Assembly: GCA_965214405.1 (NCBI GenBank)
Contig: OZ243956.1
Coordinates: forward strand, 1,760,001 to 1,824,000
Direction of reading: 5' to 3'
DNA length: 64,000 nt
From: Trueperaceae bacterium
Lineage (GTDB): Bacteria; Deinococcota; Deinococci; Deinococcales; Trueperaceae
The notes under the pieces were generated by a model that had not been told where the DNA came from, ran no database searches, and saw nothing but the letters and a program-made list of their open reading frames with translations. The translations under genes and the position numbers were made by a program. Positions within the stretch are counted from its first letter, which is position 1. Every line of letters starts with the position of its first letter. Shown here piece by piece: positions 28,943-38,563 of this stretch.

Positions 28943-30019
28943 ATGACCGATAAACTTGAAACTTTACAAAAGGAATTCGAGGCGCTCGAGCGCTCGCTCG
29001 CCGACCCGGCGCTGCTAAGCGACCAGCCGCGCTACCGGGCGGCGATGGAGCGCTACAGCGAACTGGCCGCCATCGTGAAAGTCTACCGGGAGTACCGGAA
29101 CGTTCTGGACGGTATCAGCAACGCGGAAGAGGCGCTGGACGACCCTGAACTTGTTGAGATGGCTCGAGAGGAAATCGCGGCTCTGGAGCCCGAGCGGGAG
29201 AGGTTGGAGGGGCGGCTCGAGACCCTGCTCTTGCCCAAAGACCCCTTTGACGACAAAAACGTCATTATCGAACTCCGCGCGGCGGCGGGCGGCGACGAGG
29301 CCTCGCTCTTCGCCGCCGAGATGCTCAACGCCTACCTTCGCTACGCCGAAACTCTGGGTTTTAAGCCCGAAGTGCTCGACTCATACGAGAACTCTCTGGG
29401 CGGCCTCAGCAAGGTGTCTTTGGAGATTACCGGGCGGGGCGCGTACAGCAAATTCAAATTCGAATCCGGCGTGCATAGGGTCCAGCGCGTGCCCGCGACC
29501 GAGACGCAGGGGCGCATCCACACGAGCACCGTGACCGTGGCGGTCTTGCCCGAGGCCGAGGACGTTGACGTGGGTCTCTCGCCGAGTGACTACCGGGTGG
29601 ACGTGTTCCGCTCGTCGGGTCCGGGCGGCCAGTCGGTCAACACGACCGACTCGGCGGTGCGCATCACCTATAAGCCGGGTACGGGTGACGAGATCGTGGT
29701 GAGCTGTCAGGACGGCAAATCGCAGATTAAGAACAAAGACAAAGCCTTGACCGTGCTCCGGGCCAGGCTCTTGGAGCGCGAGCGCGAACGCGCCGCCGCC
29801 GAGGCGCGCGAGGCGCGGCTCGTACAAATCGGCACGGGCGAGCGCTCCGAAAAGATTCGCACCTATAACTTCCCGCAGTCGCGCGTGACGGATCACCGCA
29901 TCGGCTACACCACGCATAACCTTTCGGACATCATGCAGGGGAGCTTGGACGAGCTGACGGGGGCGCTCACCGAAGCGGAGCAGGGCCAGCGCCTGGACCA
30001 ACTCGGTGGCGCGGCGTGA
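28943..30019 (+). CDS. prfA: Peptide chain release factor 1
   Basis: ESGVHRVQRVPATETQGRIHTS (PxT motif), GPGGQSVNTTDSA and RTYNFPQ. Confidence 0.97.
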   Translation: MTDKLETLQKEFEALERSLADPALLSDQPRYRAAMERYSELAAIVKVYREYRNVLDGISNAEEALDDPELVEMAREEIAALEPERERLEGRLETLLLPKDPFDDKNVIIELRAAAGGDEASLFAAEMLNAYLRYAETLGFKPEVLDSYENSLGGLSKVSLEITGRGAYSKFKFESGVHRVQRVPATETQGRIHTSTVTVAVLPEAEDVDVGLSPSDYRVDVFRSSGPGGQSVNTTDSAVRITYKPGTGDEIVVSCQDGKSQIKNKDKALTVLRARLLERERERAAAEAREARLVQIGTGERSEKIRTYNFPQSRVTDHRIGYTTHNLSDIMQGSLDELTGALTEAEQGQRLDQLGGAA

Positions 30020-30479
30020 GTTTGTCGTTGCCGCCGCTATTTTGCTCGACGCGCGCGGTCGGGTGCTCCTGGTAGGCAACGACTGGCAAGGCTTTGGCAA
30101 CGTCCGTTACACCCTCCCCGGCGGCGTGGTCGAGCGGGGCGAGCAGGCCCCCGACGCGCTCATCCGCGAGGTCAAGGAGGAAACGGGGCTCAAAATCACG
30201 CGCATCAAGCACCTCGCCTACGCGGTTCACGTCGAGGACATGCGGCGCAACGACCGCGCGGTGTCGTTCGCGTTTCTGGCGGAGTATGATGGGCTTCTCA
30301 ACCCGCGCGACCCGGACGGCTTTATCGTCGAGGCGCGCTTCGTCCCGGTTGAGGAGGTCGCGCAGCTTATCCCCATCCCGCCGCTCCGCGACCCGCTCAC
30401 CGCTTACTTGCGCGACGCGCAGGCGGGCCGCTTTTACTCCTACGCAGGCTGGGATGGACGAGGGGAGCACCACGTATGA
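30006..30479 (+). CDS. NUDIX hydrolase
   Basis: Nudix box GGVVERGEQAPDALIREVKEETG. Confidence 0.9.
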   Translation: MARREFVVAAAILLDARGRVLLVGNDWQGFGNVRYTLPGGVVERGEQAPDALIREVKEETGLKITRIKHLAYAVHVEDMRRNDRAVSFAFLAEYDGLLNPRDPDGFIVEARFVPVEEVAQLIPIPPLRDPLTAYLRDAQAGRFYSYAGWDGRGEHHV

Positions 30480-30883
30480 CTTATGCAGGCAACGCAGACT
30501 TTGGCCGCGCGCGTTACGGCAGCGCGGGCAACTATGGGCGGACACGCCCGGACCGCCGGAGCGATTTAGACGACATCCGCCGCTTGGCGCACCTTTTGGA
30601 CGACGCGTTTCGCATCCCGGTCATCAACTACCGCTTCGGCCTCGACGCGGCCTTGGGCCTCATCCCGGTGGTGGGGGACGTGAGCGGGTTTGCCATCTCG
30701 AGCTACATCGTCTACAAAGCCGCCGCCCTGGGCGTGCCGCAGCGCACGCTCGCCCGGATGGTCTTTAACATCCTGCTCGACGCCGTGGTGGGCAGTATTC
30801 CCCTGTTGGGCTCGATTTTTGATATCTTTTGGAAGGCTAACTTGCGCAACATCCGGCTCATCGAGCGGCATTTGATGTCCTGA
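30476..30883 (+). CDS. DUF4112 family protein (copy 1)
   Basis: LAHLLDDAFRIP..FGLDAALGLIPVVGD..KANLRN. Confidence 0.88.
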   Translation: MTYAGNADFGRARYGSAGNYGRTRPDRRSDLDDIRRLAHLLDDAFRIPVINYRFGLDAALGLIPVVGDVSGFAISSYIVYKAAALGVPQRTLARMVFNILLDAVVGSIPLLGSIFDIFWKANLRNIRLIERHLMS

Positions 30884-30924
30884 TGGAACGGCCTGGGGGC
30901 GCATAGTTGCGCCCCTGCCTTTTT

Positions 30925-31407
30925 ATGCGAAAACCCACGACTCGAGCAAAAACTGCCACCCTGACACGCCTGCGGCGTTTGAGCCGCCTCCTCGACAGCG
31001 CGTTTCACATCCCCATCATCAACTACCGGGTGGGTTTGGACGCCGTCGTCGGCCTCGTGCCCGGCGTCGGCGACGCGGTGATGCTTGTGCCCGCGGGCTA
31101 CATTATCTTTGAAGCCTACCGGCTGGGCGCGCCCACGGGGACGCTCGCGCGAATGGTCTTTAACGTGGGTTTGGAAACTTTAATTGGCTCCGTACCAATC
31201 TTGGGTGACCTCTTTGATGCGACCTGGAAGGCTAATTTACGCAATTTGAGGCTGCTCGAGCAGCACCTTGGCCCCGGCACCACACCCACGTTTGACGCAC
31301 CTTCAAACCGTGGGCTCGTCCTCCTGCTCGGCGCGCTTTTAGTTTTGGGTGGCGGGGTATTTTTCCTCGTTTGGGCGCTCTTTAGGCTTATCGGGCGGAT
31401 TTTCTAG
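30925..31407 (+). CDS. DUF4112 family protein (copy 2, with C-terminal TM)
   Basis: LSRLLDSAFHIP..VGLDAVVGLVPGVGD..KANLRN. Confidence 0.88.
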   Translation: MRKPTTRAKTATLTRLRRLSRLLDSAFHIPIINYRVGLDAVVGLVPGVGDAVMLVPAGYIIFEAYRLGAPTGTLARMVFNVGLETLIGSVPILGDLFDATWKANLRNLRLLEQHLGPGTTPTFDAPSNRGLVLLLGALLVLGGGVFFLVWALFRLIGRIF

Positions 31408-31447
31408 CTTTTGGCTCAGGACGACGCGCAGCAACCGTCCGAACGTC

Positions 31448-31885
31448 TCACAGGTGTGACGCTTTATCCAAAGAAGGCGCGATGAGCGTCACTGTCGGAA
31501 AGTAAGTTTTGTAACGTCTGGTATCTCGAGTGAGAAGCAACAACCCCTCAACCGCCGCGTGTGCGCCGATAAAAAAATCGGGCAGCGTCGAACGTTTCGT
31601 GCCGCCCCTCTTGCGGTAGTCCAGAAAAGCTTTGCCCGCTAAAAATAGGGCTTCTTTGGGCAGAGGAAGCACCGACAGACCCGCCTCCTATAGCACCTGC
31701 TCGAGCGTCTCAATCTGGGAGAAGCCCACGGACACCTCAGTATAGATAATCGGGTTGATATGTAAACGGTGCATTTTTCCGTAGCGCCCCAACGTCATTT
31801 CCGACCACGCGTACCAGACGGGGTCATTCTCAAAAACGTCCAGTAGAACGTTGCTGTCAACTAGCGCGGCAGGATTAACTGTCAC
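31448..31885 (-). pseudogene. vapC: VapC-type PIN toxin interrupted by one in-frame TAG (31688-31690)
   Basis: ALVDSNVLLD...EQVL*EAGLSVLPLP...LPDFFIGAHA..LLTRD, all in one frame. Confidence 0.8.
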
Positions 31886-32093
31886 CGCGCGTCAGCGCCA
31901 TGATTTCGTCGGTTGTCATTTTGACCGTCGCAACGCCGCGCAGACGGCTGAAAGGATTATCATCCGCTTCTTTTTTGACCAGGATGACTTTGTCGCCCTC
32001 GAGCACAAACTCCACCTCGCTGTGCGGCGCTATGCCGAGCTTGTCGCGGATGTGCTGGGGGATGGTGACTTGACCCTCCGTTGTGACGCGCAT
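31875..32093 (-). CDS. AbrB/MazE/SpoVT-family antitoxin
   Basis: MRVTTEGQVTIPQHIRDKLGI; overlaps the start of the PIN gene. Confidence 0.9.
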   Translation of the reverse strand: MRVTTEGQVTIPQHIRDKLGIAPHSEVEFVLEGDKVILVKKEADDNPFSRLRGVATVKMTTDEIMALTRGDS

Positions 32094-32101
32094 ATGAAAC
32101 T

Positions 32102-32152
32102 CCCCAGTAACGCTCTTCGGGATGATAAATGCAAGTAAGAGGATTACTGGGG
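32102..32152. promoter_or_regulatory. Inverted repeat upstream of the antitoxin (operator or icd terminator)
   Basis: CCCCAGTAAcgCTCTT...AAGAGgaTTACTGGGG. Confidence 0.4.
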
Positions 32153-32212
32153 TTATTTTACCATGTCAGGCTCTAACCAAGCCGTGTACATCCGCCCGAA
32201 CGTTTCAGAAAA

Positions 32213-33475
32213 TTACATATTCTCGATAAGCGCGTCCCCAAACTCGCTCGCCTTGAGTAGCGTGGCCCCGTCCATGAGGCGGTGAAAATCGTACGTTACC
32301 CGTTTTTGCCCAATCGTCTTACCCACCGAGCCGATAATCAGGTCCGCCGCCTCGTCCCAGCCCAAGTGGCGGAGCATCATCTCGCCTGATAAGATGACCG
32401 AGGAGGGGTTGACTTTGTCCTGCCCCGCGTACTTGGGCGCGGTGCCGTGGGTCGCCTCAAAGACGGCGTGACCCGTGTTGTAGTTGATATTCGCCCCCGG
32501 CGCGATGCCGATGCCGCCGACCTGCGCGGCGAGTGCGTCTGAAATGTAGTCGCCGTTTAGGTTTAGGGTGGCGATGACGCTATATTCCGCCGGACGGGTC
32601 AGGATTTGCTGGAGCATGGCGTCGGCAATGACGTCTTTGACAGTGATTTCGGTACCGGTGCGCGGGTTCTCAAAGGTGAGCCAGGGACCACCGTCAAGCT
32701 CAGTCGCGCCGTACTCGCGTTTGGCGACCTCATAGCCCCAGTCACGAAACGCGCCCTCGGTAAACTTCATGATATTGCCCTTGTGGACGAGCGTGACCGA
32801 GGGGCGGTCGTTGGCGACCGCATAATCCATCGCAGCCTTGACCAAGCGCTCGGTGCCCTCCTGCGATACCGGCTTGATGCCGACGCCGCTCGAGTCCGGA
32901 AAACGAACCTTGGCGTAAGACTGGGGGAAGTTCTCCCTAAGCAGCCCCAAAAACTTCTCCGCCTCCTCCGTGCCCTGTTTGTACTCGATGCCCGCGTAAA
33001 TATCTTCGGTGTTCTCGCGGAAGATCACCATGTCCACGTCTTCGGGCCGCTTGACGGGGCTCGGCACGCCGTTGAAATACTGCACCGGACGCACGCAGGC
33101 GTAGAGGTCCAAGCGCTGCCGCAGCGCCACGTTGATCGAGCGAATCCCGCCGCCGACGGGCGTGGTTAGGGGGCCTTTGATGCCGATGAGATATTCATCC
33201 AGCACGTCCACCGTCTCGTCGGGGAGCCACACCACCTCGCCGTAGACGTCGTTCGCCTTGTCGCCCGCGTAGACCTCCATCCAGGCGATGGACTTTTCTC
33301 CGCCGTAAGCTTTCTCAACCGCTGTATCTATCACGCGCTGCGACGCCGCCCAGATATCCGGGCCGGTGCCGTCGCCCTCAATGAAGGCGATGATGGGACG
33401 GTCTGAAACGTTGAGTTCGCCCCCCTGCACGGTGATTTTATCGCCGTCGGGTATGTTTATTTTTTGGTAAGCCAT
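32213..33475 (-). CDS. icd: NADP-dependent isocitrate dehydrogenase
   Basis: [48 protein letters not shown] and [12 protein letters not shown]. Confidence 0.97.
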   Translation of the reverse strand: MAYQKINIPDGDKITVQGGELNVSDRPIIAFIEGDGTGPDIWAASQRVIDTAVEKAYGGEKSIAWMEVYAGDKANDVYGEVVWLPDETVDVLDEYLIGIKGPLTTPVGGGIRSINVALRQRLDLYACVRPVQYFNGVPSPVKRPEDVDMVIFRENTEDIYAGIEYKQGTEEAEKFLGLLRENFPQSYAKVRFPDSSGVGIKPVSQEGTERLVKAAMDYAVANDRPSVTLVHKGNIMKFTEGAFRDWGYEVAKREYGATELDGGPWLTFENPRTGTEITVKDVIADAMLQQILTRPAEYSVIATLNLNGDYISDALAAQVGGIGIAPGANINYNTGHAVFEATHGTAPKYAGQDKVNPSSVILSGEMMLRHLGWDEAADLIIGSVGKTIGQKRVTYDFHRLMDGATLLKASEFGDALIENM

Positions 33476-33591
33476 GTGAGACCCCTTTTCTCAAGTTTTA
33501 GTTTGCAAAGTCTAACATGCACGTTCACGAGAATTCTCAGTCACAAACGTTTCAATCCTTTGGGTAACGCGTTAAGTTGCTACAGTGACCT

Positions 33592-34812
33592 ATGGACCAC
33601 AAAACGCAAATAGGTTTAGAGGAAGCTATCAGCATCATTCAGGCGCAGGCCCGGGGGTTGGGGCTCGAGCGCGTCCCCCTAAGCGAAGCCTACGGGCGCA
33701 CGCTTGCCCAAACTTTAACGAGTTTAGCCGACCACCCGAACTGCGACAACTCTGCGTTGGACGGTTACGCCTGCCGGGCGGCGGACACGCTTGGGGCAAG
33801 TCAGGACGCACCCGTGAGGCTCAACGTCGTGGGCGAGGTGCCCGCAGGTCGTCCCTTCACGGGCGCGGTGGGACCCGGCGAGGCGGTGAGCATCTACACG
33901 GGCGCGCCCGTTCCCGAGGGCGCGGACGCCATCATCGGGGTGGAGCGGACCAAAGAAGACGGTGACGGCGTGCTCCTGTACGCGCCCGCTTCCCCTGGCG
34001 ACATCCGGCCCAGGGCGCAGGATTTGCGCGCGCGAGAGGTTTACTTGCGCGCGGGCACCCGCCTCACCCCGGCGGCGGTGGGCGTGGCGGCGGCGATGGG
34101 TTACGCGGACCTAGAGGTTGTCCGCGCGCCCCGCGTCGGCATCCTCTCGACGGGTGACGAGATTGTCGAGCCGGGCGCGCCCCTACAAAATGGCCAGGTC
34201 TACAACTCAAACGCCTACTCAGTCGCGGGACTCGTTAAGGAGGCGGGCGGCGTGCCGCTCATCCTCCCGCGCGCGCTGGATACTTTAGACGCGTTGCAAG
34301 AAGGTCTAAAAAATTTGGGCGGTGTGGACTTGCTCGTCACCTCGGGCGGGGTTTCGATGGGCAAATACGATTTCGTCCGGGATTTGCTCTTTGGTGAGGG
34401 GCGGGTGCATTTCTGGAAGGTCGCCATGCGTCCGGGCGGCCCGGCCTTGTTTGGCGAGTGGCGGGGCTTGAGCGTGTTCGGCCTGCCGGGCAACCCGGTC
34501 TCGAGCATGGTCGTCTTCCTCCTCCTCACTGAGGCCTGGTTTCACAAGTCGCTGGGCTCCACCGACCCTCTCCTCTACCACAGAAGAATCCACGCCACCG
34601 CCCGCTCGCCTTTTAAGGGCGCGGGCTTCAAGGAGGCTTTCTGGCGCTGCGTGCTCGAGTTCGGCCCCCACGGCCCCACGGTCCGCACGACGGGCAATCA
34701 GAGTTCGGGTATCTTGACCTCCATGCTCTTTGCGAACGCGCTCGCGGTGGTGCCGCCGCACGGGGAGGTAAGGGAGGGCGGGGGGCTTGAGGTCATCCCG
34801 CTCTCACTATAA
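33592..34812 (+). CDS. moeA: Molybdopterin molybdenumtransferase
   Basis: DNSALDGYA, IYTGAPVPEGADA, STGDE, SGGVSMGKYD and GLPGNPVS. Confidence 0.95.
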   Translation: MDHKTQIGLEEAISIIQAQARGLGLERVPLSEAYGRTLAQTLTSLADHPNCDNSALDGYACRAADTLGASQDAPVRLNVVGEVPAGRPFTGAVGPGEAVSIYTGAPVPEGADAIIGVERTKEDGDGVLLYAPASPGDIRPRAQDLRAREVYLRAGTRLTPAAVGVAAAMGYADLEVVRAPRVGILSTGDEIVEPGAPLQNGQVYNSNAYSVAGLVKEAGGVPLILPRALDTLDALQEGLKNLGGVDLLVTSGGVSMGKYDFVRDLLFGEGRVHFWKVAMRPGGPALFGEWRGLSVFGLPGNPVSSMVVFLLLTEAWFHKSLGSTDPLLYHRRIHATARSPFKGAGFKEAFWRCVLEFGPHGPTVRTTGNQSSGILTSMLFANALAVVPPHGEVREGGGLEVIPLSL

Positions 34813-34842
34813 GCGGGGCGAGAAAAATAATAAGCTAGAAAT

Positions 34843-35379
34843 ATGGCTCTGGCCGCACAACGGCGTCTCTTTACCCGTCAAGATGTTTATGCGATGGTGG
34901 ACGCGGGCATCTTGCGCGAAGACGAGCGCACCGAACTGATTAACGGGGAGATAGTCTCCATGACGCCGTCCAGCCCCTCCCACAGCGCGACCATCATCGA
35001 TTTGGCAGAACGGTTCCGCACGCATCCAGCAGCCTATAACGTCGTGGTGCGCGAGGAAAAAGATTTTTGGCTGGCGGACGGGGCGCAGCTTTACTTGCCC
35101 GACATCGCCGTGGTGAGACCCTTTGACCACCACGCGAGACACGCGGAGCCTTTAGACACCCACCTTGTCGTGGAGGTTGCGCACACTTCGCTGAGGGCGG
35201 ACCTCGAGACCAAGCTCCCCCATTATCTCCGGGAAGGCGTGCCGGAAGTGTGGGTGGTCGACCTTGGCGCAAAGCGGACGCGCGTTTATAAGGCGCAGGG
35301 GGAAGGGCTCGAGCTGCCTTTTGGTGAGGCGTTCGCCCCAGCAGCGTTCCCAAAAGAGACACACGTTTGGTTGCCTTGA
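34843..35379 (+). CDS. Uma2-family (DUF820) putative endonuclease
   Basis: ERTELINGEIV, PDIAVV, LVVEVA and GVPEVWVVDL. Confidence 0.88.
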   Translation: MALAAQRRLFTRQDVYAMVDAGILREDERTELINGEIVSMTPSSPSHSATIIDLAERFRTHPAAYNVVVREEKDFWLADGAQLYLPDIAVVRPFDHHARHAEPLDTHLVVEVAHTSLRADLETKLPHYLREGVPEVWVVDLGAKRTRVYKAQGEGLELPFGEAFAPAAFPKETHVWLP

Positions 35380-35392
35380 CAGAATCGCTGGA

Positions 35393-35996
35393 TTAAGCCG
35401 CGGTCTTCTCCAGTTCTCGAGCCCAAAACGGGTAGTTAATTCCCGTCGCCGCCTTTTGAGCCACCTCCGCGCCGTAAAGCGCCTCGACGACATCCAGCCC
35501 CGCGTCAATCCCCGCCGACACGCCGCCCGCGCACCAAACGCGCTCGTTTTTAACCACACGGGCGTCCACAATCTCCCCCACCCCGTAGTCAAGCAGCCGC
35601 TCGCGCTTGCCCGCCCAGGTGTTCGCGCGCAGGCCGCGCAGCAAACCGGCCTCGCCCAACAAAAATGCGCCCGTGCAGACGCTGACCAAGAGTTTGGCGC
35701 GTGGGGCGCGCTCGAGCACGTACCCCAGCACCGCCTCGTCGCGCGCCGTCCACGCCGCGCCCGCCGGGGACGATGAGCACGTCCGGCGGGGGCGCGCCCG
35801 CAAAGTCGTGGTGAGGCGTAAGGGTGAGCCCGCCCGAGGTCTGGAGCGGGTGACGCGATTTGGCGGCGGTGAAGAGGTTTAGCGCGTCTTCGGAGACAAA
35901 ATGCCGCGCCGCGTTCACGGCGCTGTAGGGGCCGACTGCGTCGAGTTCATGAACCTCGGGAAAGAGCAAAACGGCGACGTTCGCATGTTCGTTCAT
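35393..35996 (-). pseudogene. DJ-1/PfpI family protein with a frameshift near 35740
   Basis: The N-half (ELDAVGPY..DVLIVPGG) and C-half (DEAVL..SVCTGAFLL..AGGVSAGID) lie in different frames and join at a (GC)n run. Confidence 0.78.
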
Positions 35997-36033
35997 ACAT
36001 CAGTTTAGCCTATAGGCGGTTAGACTTTATGGT

Positions 36034-36543
36034 GTGAAAGCTTTGTGCGCGTTCTTTCTGCTCGTGACGGCTACCGCTCTCGCGCAACCCTCTTGCGAAT
36101 CGCTCCTGAGCGACTTGACCCGCGCTTTTGACGAGGCCGACTCGCTCGAGTCCATTACCGAGGTGACGCAGGGCGGGCGCGAACTGTCGTATCAGCACGT
36201 CAAACTCGTCCGGGACGAGGCGGGCACGCTGCAAGCCGAGGTCATCGAGTCGCGGGGGAGGCGCGCGCCCGAGGGTGAGGGCGCGGGTAGCGATTTTGAG
36301 TTTCACTGCGAAGGGAATACGTTGGAGCCTGCCGACGAACCTGGGGTCTGGAAACTGACGGTGCTCGAGCCCAACAAAGATATTCCTGTCAAGCGCTACG
36401 AGATCCTTTTTAGAGAAACGCCGGGCCGCTACCTGCCGGAGCACGTCGAGGCCGCCTTTAGCATAAAAGTTCTCGTTATACGCGTCCACGGCACCTTCGC
36501 CGTGACTTTAAGCGACTGGACGTTCCCGCCCCAAACGAATTGA
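36034..36543 (+). CDS. Hypothetical secreted protein
   Basis: Signal peptide ending ALA-Q; TAGACT 7 nt before the GTG. Confidence 0.75.
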   Translation: MKALCAFFLLVTATALAQPSCESLLSDLTRAFDEADSLESITEVTQGGRELSYQHVKLVRDEAGTLQAEVIESRGRRAPEGEGAGSDFEFHCEGNTLEPADEPGVWKLTVLEPNKDIPVKRYEILFRETPGRYLPEHVEAAFSIKVLVIRVHGTFAVTLSDWTFPPQTN

Positions 36544-36546
36544 AAA

Positions 36547-37086
36547 ATGCTGCCCATAACCTTTTATGAGGCGGACGCTCAAACGGTCGCCAAGGCGCTG
36601 CTCGGTCAGGTCCTCGTCTGCGAGCTTGGGGCGGCGGCGCAGCGCGTCCGCGTCGTCGAGACGGAAGCCTACGTCGGCGTCCACGACCTCGCCTCTCACG
36701 CGTCAAAGGGTTTGACAAAGCGCACCGAGACGATGTTCGGACCTCCCGGCAGGCTCTACGTTTACCTCATCTACGGGATGTACACGATGCTCAACGTCGT
36801 CACGGGAGCCGAGGGAGACGCGCAGGCAGTGCTCATCCGGGCTGCGGAACCCTTGGAAAATGTGACCGGCAAAACCGACGGCCCCGGCAAGCTCACGCGG
36901 GCGCTGGGCGTGACGCGAGAGCACAACGCGCACCTGCTGACTCAGAAACCCTTTTACTTTGAATCCGGCCCCTCTCCCAAAAATATCGTAACCACCGCGC
37001 GCGTCGGCATCGACTACGCGGGCGAGTGGCGCGACGCGCCGTTACGTTTTTACGACGCGGACAGCCTGCACGTACCTAAGCGTTAG
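36547..37086 (+). CDS. DNA-3-methyladenine glycosylase (AAG/MPG family)
   Basis: VETEAY, MFGPPGRLYVYLIYGMY, AVLIRA, GPGKL and RVGI. Confidence 0.93.
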   Translation: MLPITFYEADAQTVAKALLGQVLVCELGAAAQRVRVVETEAYVGVHDLASHASKGLTKRTETMFGPPGRLYVYLIYGMYTMLNVVTGAEGDAQAVLIRAAEPLENVTGKTDGPGKLTRALGVTREHNAHLLTQKPFYFESGPSPKNIVTTARVGIDYAGEWRDAPLRFYDADSLHVPKR

Positions 37087-37249
37087 TCTTGGGCATTGGC
37101 ATTTAGGAAAAATTAAGGAGGTGGGGGGTAGAGAAATGGGGAGAAAAAGGCTTCTGACCTTCTCTCTATCCCCCACTTCCCCCACTCCCTACCTCCACCA
37201 AGATACGTCGGCGAGGTGAGCGACTAAATCAAACTCAGCGCGGCACCCC

Positions 37250-38179
37250 TCAGCCCCGCCCGAACTCCTCGCGCGGCGGCGTGGCCCCCTCGCGCAGCCC
37301 GGCGACAAAGGGCTCGACGTGGAGCGTGGCGACGAGGCGGGGCAGCAGCGCGGCCAGGTCGCGCTCGAGGTCCGCCGCCACCTCGTGCGCCTCCAAAACG
37401 GTGAGTTCGGGCGCGACAAAGATGTCGATTTCGGCAAAGCGGCCCGTCCCGGCGCGTCTCGAGCGCAGCCGGTGGTAACCGAGCACCTGCGGGTGCTTAT
37501 CCAACACCGCTAAAATTTTCGCCTCGTCCGCGTCGGGCAGGCGCGCGTCCAGGAGGTCCGAAAGCGCGCCCGCCATCACCCGCCAGCCCTCGCGCACGAT
37601 GTTGAGCGCGACCAAAACCGCGATGACGGGGTCCAGCACGGTGCGACCGGAGAGCGCCACCAGCGCCACCGCGACGATGACGCCCACCGAGGTCCACACG
37701 TCGGTCAGGAGGTGCCGCGCGTTGGCGGCGAGCGCGACCGACTCAGTCTGCGCCGCCGTGCGCGCCAAAAACCAGGCCACCACGCCGTTGAGCAGCGTGG
37801 CGAGCAGCGCCACCCCCACGCCGTCCGCGACGCCCTCCAAAGGGGGCGGGTTGGTGATGCGGCCCAACGCCGTCACCAAAATCATCCCCGCGGCGAGCAG
37901 GATTAACGAGCCCTCAAAGGCGCTCGAGAGGTATTCCGCCTTTTGGTGACCGTAGGGGTGCTCGTAGTCGGGCGGGCGGAGCGCTAAGCGCAGCGAAAAA
38001 AGGAGCGCCAGGGCGGCGGCCACATTGGTAATCGACTCGGCGGCGTCTGAAAGCAGCGCCACGGAGCCGGTGAGGACGTAAGCGCCGAGTTTGAGCAGAA
38101 GCACGAGCAGCGCGACGCCGAGGCTGAGCAGGGCCGCGCGCTGGCGGAGGGTGTTGGCTAGAGATTCGCTGGGCGTCAC
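37250..38179 (-). CDS. Cation diffusion facilitator (FieF-like)
   Basis: GSVALLSDAAES, HPYGHQKAEY and HLLTDVWTS. Confidence 0.92.
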   Translation of the reverse strand: MTPSESLANTLRQRAALLSLGVALLVLLLKLGAYVLTGSVALLSDAAESITNVAAALALLFSLRLALRPPDYEHPYGHQKAEYLSSAFEGSLILLAAGMILVTALGRITNPPPLEGVADGVGVALLATLLNGVVAWFLARTAAQTESVALAANARHLLTDVWTSVGVIVAVALVALSGRTVLDPVIAVLVALNIVREGWRVMAGALSDLLDARLPDADEAKILAVLDKHPQVLGYHRLRSRRAGTGRFAEIDIFVAPELTVLEAHEVAADLERDLAALLPRLVATLHVEPFVAGLREGATPPREEFGRG

Positions 38180-38212
38180 AGGGGTTCAGGGGGAGGTTAT
38201 GGGGCGGGGCGC

Positions 38213-38563
38213 TCAGAAGTCCTCGTCATCGCTGGATTCGTCGTCACCAAAGTCGCTCGAGCCTTCAGCAGCCATCTCTTCCAAAAGGGCCTCGAGTTCT
38301 TCACCCTCATAGTCCGTCACCGTGTCTTCGATAAGCCGAAGCGCGCGCGCGGCGTCCCGTTCGGGGACGAGCACGAACGTCGTGCCGATAAGCGCCGCGC
38401 CCAAGTGCGAAAACACGTCGTTGATAACGTCGTGACCGCGGGTGATGGCGACGAAGCCTTCATCCTCGAGCAAAGCCGCGACCATCTCGGCCAAAGGCCC
38501 GGCGGGCGCGACGTCTACGATGGTCCACATGTCGCCGTTGACGCGCAAGGTTTCGCCCTTCAT
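38213..38563 (-). CDS. Hypothetical protein (DUF2007-like) with an acidic tail
   Basis: AEMVAALLEDEG..VLVPERDAARA; GGAGG RBS; overlaps the upstream stop codon. Confidence 0.7.
   Translation of the reverse strand: MKGETLRVNGDMWTIVDVAPAGPLAEMVAALLEDEGFVAITRGHDVINDVFSHLGAALIGTTFVLVPERDAARALRLIEDTVTDYEGEELEALLEEMAAEGSSDFGDDESSDDEDF

Noticed and set aside
31688..31690. Pyrrolysine or genome-wide amber recoding
   Set aside because: TAG ends many ordinary genes here, RF1 (prfA) is intact, and there are no pyl genes in the window.
34843..35379. Uma2 gene as part of a defence island or mobile element
   Set aside because: It is a single gene among housekeeping genes, with no methylase, integrase or terminal repeats nearby.
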